From contig NW_019091360.1 of NCBI RefSeq assembly GCF_001949145.1, positions 3,284,864-3,348,863 of the forward strand: a DNA stretch of 64,000 bases. The letters are read 5' to 3'. Source of the stretch: Acanthaster planci (taxonomy: Eukaryota). Position 1 is the stretch's first letter. Each line of letters begins with the position of its first letter. The notes beneath the pieces were generated by a model, which was given only the letters and a program-made list of their open reading frames with translations, did no database searches and had not been told where the DNA came from. The position numbers were made by a program, and so were the translations under genes. This document shows, piece by piece, positions 54,301-60,300 of this stretch.

Positions 54301-57300
54301 GTCTGAGAGCAAGTACTACTCAATACACTCTCCAGTCTGAGAGCAAGTATTTCTGAATACACTCACCAGTCTGAGAACAAGTACTAATCAATACACTCAC
54401 CAGTCTGTGAGCAAGTACTACTCAATACACTCACCAGTCTGAGAACAAGTACTACTCAATACACTCACAAGTTTGAGAGCAACTATCAGTACTCACCAGT
54501 CTGTTGTCTGATGAGGTCCAACACAGACGGCCCACTGACAAGGCGGATTGTATACACAACTCCAGGCGTCAGCCCAGAAATCACTTGGTTAGTGCTGTTG
54601 GTCACAAAGACACTCCCTGATGGTGCATAGTCCAGACTCTGTCCAACAACAAACCCGGTGACTGTGATGGAGTTTTCGGTGAAACTCACAACCTGCAATC
54701 GAGCAGCCACTGTGGATCAAAGGAATAAACCACGGTTATTGACCAACATCCTCGACAATGTACTTATATGCATAGTAAACTATCACAAGGGTAAGTGATG
54801 CAATAGTTTACCAGTCATATGTTTTCAACCAATGCATGAATCCTTTTGTATATGCCTGGTAAGGCCGTATTGTTTTTACTTTGCCTGATTAGGAATACGC
54901 AGACCCTGAATGATGTAAGTTTACAAATAAATTTATCTTTCTTGAGACAGGATTGTTCATCCTTCAATCCTGGATAATTTAATTGAAAGTAAAAAAAAAT
55001 CACCATACATTTTTATCTCTATCTTTATTTTGTCCAACTGCCCATCAACCCTGCCAAATTTCAAGCTAACTGCCCATAAACCCTGCCAAATTTCAAGCTA
55101 CGTTCATGATCCAATAAATTTTTTTTAAAAGCCAGCGTACACAGCAGAAACATGACATAACGCTTGAAAGTGAATGGAACAGTGAGAAAATTGTTCTCAA
55201 TTATGAGAGTATGAGGTATCAGCTTTCCTGCACGTCTTTGAGTGAATAACAATGAGTTTCACATGTGATGGAAACTCAACTTGTAACTCTCTGACACCGG
55301 AACAGGAATCCAGACTGATGTACTGACTGACCTGTGGTGAACGCAGCTGATCGAGGCTCGCTTTGTACTGTGATGCACTCATCACTGGCGGTCTTCAGGA
55401 GTGCCCTCACCTCCACGGAGTATGAGGTTTGAGGAGTGAGACCAGTAACTTCATATTGAGTGATTGAGCTGGACACCTCAACTGACCTGACGCTACTGGT
55501 TCCTATTAACAAAAGTTAAACACCGAATGATCAAGTCTAGTAACCTTGTACACATTTTGCTTTACCACAGAGGACAGATACACACAGATAACAAAGGATC
55601 TCTCCCTATTCTTGTTGGAAAGTCTTTTGTTCAATTCTGCCCTTGATGGTACCATATGCTTAGTCTACGGGAAAGAGTTGCATTGTAGGAACAAACAGGA
55701 AAACATAAAGCACTGCTCTCCATGGTAAAGGAAAACACATATGTGTTTAACAGGCCACACCAATTTTGCAAAATTCAAAATCTGAGGTGTTTGAATGAAG
55801 ATGGTTTCAAGAATTTTAAGATAACACTGCATGACCAAACCCATTTTTTTGAAAATCCATACCATTTTAATTGCGTTTGCCATAGTTAGGAGAAATGACG
55901 TATTTATTGTTCAAATCCCAATTTTTGGTTTAGACAGCTAAAACGAGCAATAAATTGGCATGTATTGATGAAACGATTGTGGTAAAACCATAGAGCTATA
56001 TAGAGAATGACATCAAACACTGAATTTACAATTTGAAGATCACATGGCCACAACAACAGCACTAAGGACGTTAGACTTGTGAACTAGTACTTTAACTTTA
56101 CTTTGCCTTTTCATAGTAACTGATGATGTTAACTGATGACGTAATCAGGACTAGGGAATTAGACTCATGATTTAGTACTTTTGCTTTAAAGACAGACTAA
56201 CCTGTTATAAGGTAGGTAAAAATATAATCAGGAGGAAGTACATACAACTCATAATTTAGCACTTGACAGTAGAGCTTACCTGTTTCATAGTAGGTGATCA
56301 TATAATCAGATGCTCCAGGTGATGAGCCCCATCTAAAGGCGAAGTCCTTAGAAGCCGTATAGATAGTGGTCAAAGTTCCTGGGAGATTAGGGGCTGACAC
56401 ACAAACACAAAACCAAACTTTTGGAATAGCTTCCTACAAAATTTATACCAACATCAAGCAAATGACACGAAAACAAACTTTTGGAATATTTCCCTACAAG
56501 ATTTATAACAATATTAAGCAAATGACACAAAACAATCTTTTGGAATAGCTTCCTCCGTTGGGACAGTAATACATGTACACTTACGGTCCAGGCCTAGAAT
56601 TAACGTCCTCGTGGACGTCAGGGCATAACTGCTGCCATAGGGTGGGGAAGTTAAAGATTGCCTAAAGTCTAGGAGGGTGTCAAGGAAGGGATTTCATTCA
56701 TAAACCTTACGTGATGTAAACATCTGTGACGTCATGATATTTGTCCCAGCTGCTGACACTTGGATCGTGTAGTTCAAAGTACCGCTCTGGATGGGCAAAG
56801 TCAGAGATCGAGGTGCAGAGGAGGCTATATTTCTAGTTTCCTCAGTCACACCACTCCGCGACAGGGTGACAGTGTAGGTCTGGGCACCATTTACAGGGTT
56901 CCAAGTGAAGGTGACCGACATGGATCCAATGTCTTTGATGTTGATAGCTCCTGACTCACCAGCAACTGACAAAGAAAACACAATCCACTACTTAAAGGAT
57001 CAAAAGAGAAGAATTATCGATAAAACCAACAAGACTGCTTTTCACTCTACAAAGTGAACATAAAACGAATCAGTCAGTGTGAGTGGAATTTTAAGGATTT
57101 TTTTGGGGGAAAAAATAATCAGGAATAAGGCTAACCTGTTGTAACAGTTTGAACCTCGGTGTCAGAATCTAAGTTTCGAAAGCCACCTTGAAGGCTGACG
57201 ACACGGATTTGGTACTGGGTGCCAGGCTCCAAGCACATGATGGTGAACTGTCTTTCACTGATAGTTTGTTCCTCAGTACCCCCTGGGGTGTATGAGATAT

Positions 57301-60300
57301 TGAAGGCGTCTGCTCGCCCTGCAGGTGGAGCCCAGGATAGGCTGATGGTTGTCTCGTTTGTTGTAATGTCAAAGCTTGTGACTGCCTCTGGCACTGTGTT
57401 TTTCATCAAAATGTATACAATGCAGAGAAGAAACCATGCTTAGAAATGAAAGAAAAGCAAAAGTCAAACTCTAAATTCGTATCAAATCTTAACAAAAACA
57501 CTGAACATTGAAACACTGAACTCAACATTTATAGCAAAATAAGAACCTTTACTGCTACGGTTCAAGATCTCTTGCAAATGACTTGAGTTTATCGTATGAC
57601 TCCCATAAGGATGGTTACAAAGTAGTCCAGATAGGGTGCGTGCTTTTGTATAAGGCTACTTACATGTCTGCACTACTTGAGAAGTGATCAAATCTCCTTG
57701 TACTCCACCAGAGGCGGCATATAATTCAAATGTATACTCTGTGCCAGGGGTCAACAGCCCCAGAAAAACCTGTCGGTTGGTAATACCAGTGATAGGGGAC
57801 AATGGGGAGGCCCCATTGGGACTGTACTCCATTATGTACTCAGTGATATCATCGCCAAGACTAGCCCAAGTCAAGCTTAGAAAGGTTGCCCGCCGAGCAT
57901 CGACTTCCAAGGAGGCTGCAGGACAAGAAATGGAAATGACACTCTTGTGAACTCGTGACATGTCACCTGGTGCAATGCTTCAATATTTCAAACACGGCTA
58001 TTGGACTCTACAAATTGGAGATTACCTATATGGCAGATTTAACTCGCAAAATTAGGACAAATCTACTTGCATTTTGCCTGGAAGGAAAACGTTTTGCTGA
58101 GTGCTAACCTTGTTTCCTTCATTCATTGGCTTGGTTGGTCACTTGTACAGCTGCTTGCTGTCCTGCCAGCCTGATCGCTATTTCATTTCGCTTTCTTGTG
58201 AGATATTGACCGCTAGCCTAGCCGTGACTTACTGGTAAGCCTGGCTTGTATGCTTTGGGTTTCAAAATCACTTGAACTTACAACTAATCGCCTACCATTG
58301 AAACAAGCATCAGAAGCCTTGTACACCACTTGGCAACCTACATAAGGCGTCAAAGCCTAGGAATGGTTGATTTTCTACAGAATATTTCTGTGCCTTATTT
58401 TCACAAACGCTCTGCTTGCCTACCTTATATCAACATGTTCACCGGTGCACTTCTGAGGGAAGCCTAATTTTGTTTTTACCTATGGCTTTACTTTTCTTAC
58501 CTCACTCAAAAACCTGCTGGATTAAAAACTTGTTTCTTTCTTTTGAATTTCTTTGACACGCTCATCCAGGAACTGCCTCCAAATAACAGTATCTCCCACA
58601 AATTACATGCCCACTGCAAGTTTTTCTTCAATGTCCTAGACTTGAAGAGTCACATTTCTTTCCTATCCCCTTCCTGGTTGAATGTTCAAATGACGGCCAG
58701 AAAGTGCTCTTTTCAGGACGGCATAACTCGGAGACTATTCCAATTACCATGACACATGACACTGATTCAAACAAGTCCATCCAAAGTCAATCCTCTTTGC
58801 ACCTTAGGGCATGGGCATCAATCAGTGTTGGATGGGGGAACACTTCCCCCAACTTTTTAAAGGGGGGTATATTTTCAAATGCCGCAAGCCCCCTCCACTT
58901 TTTTCCCGGACCCTAAATTAAAATGGACAGTAAGCCAGCACTAGATTCATATTTCAACTGATATTATTTGCAAATTGAAATAAATCTTACAGCACTCGCT
59001 TAGAAAATTGTGGTAAAAAATTGCCTCAACTTTTGATGTGATTGATGCCTATGCATCTCAGGTTGAGGTCCAGATGGATAATGAACCAGCGTTGGTCTAC
59101 CCGACTGAGATTTGGAAACACTTTTCTTCTAAGTGTGTAGCAAAACTATCCAAACTTGCAGTTTAGATTAATTGTGAGGTAAAAGAATGAAAATTCCAAT
59201 CTTTAACAAATTAGCAGATGAGGAAATCACTACACAAAAGATAGGACTTTACTGATTTGACATTTTCAGTTACAGGTGTTGAATTACAGGTGCAATAGAA
59301 TTTGTGGGAAATGCTTGAAATCTGGGGCAGTACTTAGAGTAAACGCTTTGGAGATTGAAGAGCTTTCCTCCAGGTCACTACCCAAGCCAGCCACAGATGT
59401 CACAGTAACGTCATAAGGGCTGTTGGGATTCAGACCGATCAATGTGACAGCATTCCCCGCCGTTCGAGCACTAGCACTGGATTGGTTGCTACGCTCCATG
59501 TAAGTGACTTTGTAGTAGTCAACACGGTTTGGTTGTGTCGAGGGAGTGACAGTTATGGTGATGCTGGACACCTGTCGATTGGAGAAGCTAAATGAGCCGG
59601 GTGGACGCGGAGCTGGAAAAGGCCACAACAAAAGGAACAAATTACTGGCAGAAGACAACACAGAGTGTGGCCAACAATCTCCAAGAATTAAGATTGGGAT
59701 TCATTCTCGGCTTTATTCACTGGGAAATATATAACTTCATGTGAACAACCAACATCTGGTATCGAAGCATGCATTCCATGGCAAACTCTGTCTGAACCCC
59801 CTATGGTAAACTATGGGCAGAGATGAGTGAGGGTGAATGAATACAGTATCAGAATGTAAACACTATGGTTGCTGTCTTACAAGAAAAGCGCCCTCAAGTT
59901 AACAATCCAGGCCCAAATGACGTACTAGGTGATCATTCCCAAAACAAAGTATTTCAGTCACAACCTATGTAACCGTAGACATGACATTTTGAGTAATAAT
60001 TTGTTTTTGCCAAGCTAAAGTTTTTCTGCACCCAGTTCATCTGTATGCTTTGGGGTTCACTAAATTGGACTAATTAGATTTGGGTATGTTTGTGGAACAA
60101 ACCATTGCGAATCTGTGCTATGCTGTCAACAATGTACTGTCCACTTGAAGGCTGAATACGTAGCTCATATTGGTAGAGGGTGCCTGGTGTCAGACTGCTA
60201 AATGTGACGACCTCGACTCCGGCTACATCTTTGCTTTCCTGCACAGGAAATCTGTTGTTGATAGGGTCCGCCAGCTGAACCATGGAAGCTGTGCTACCAG

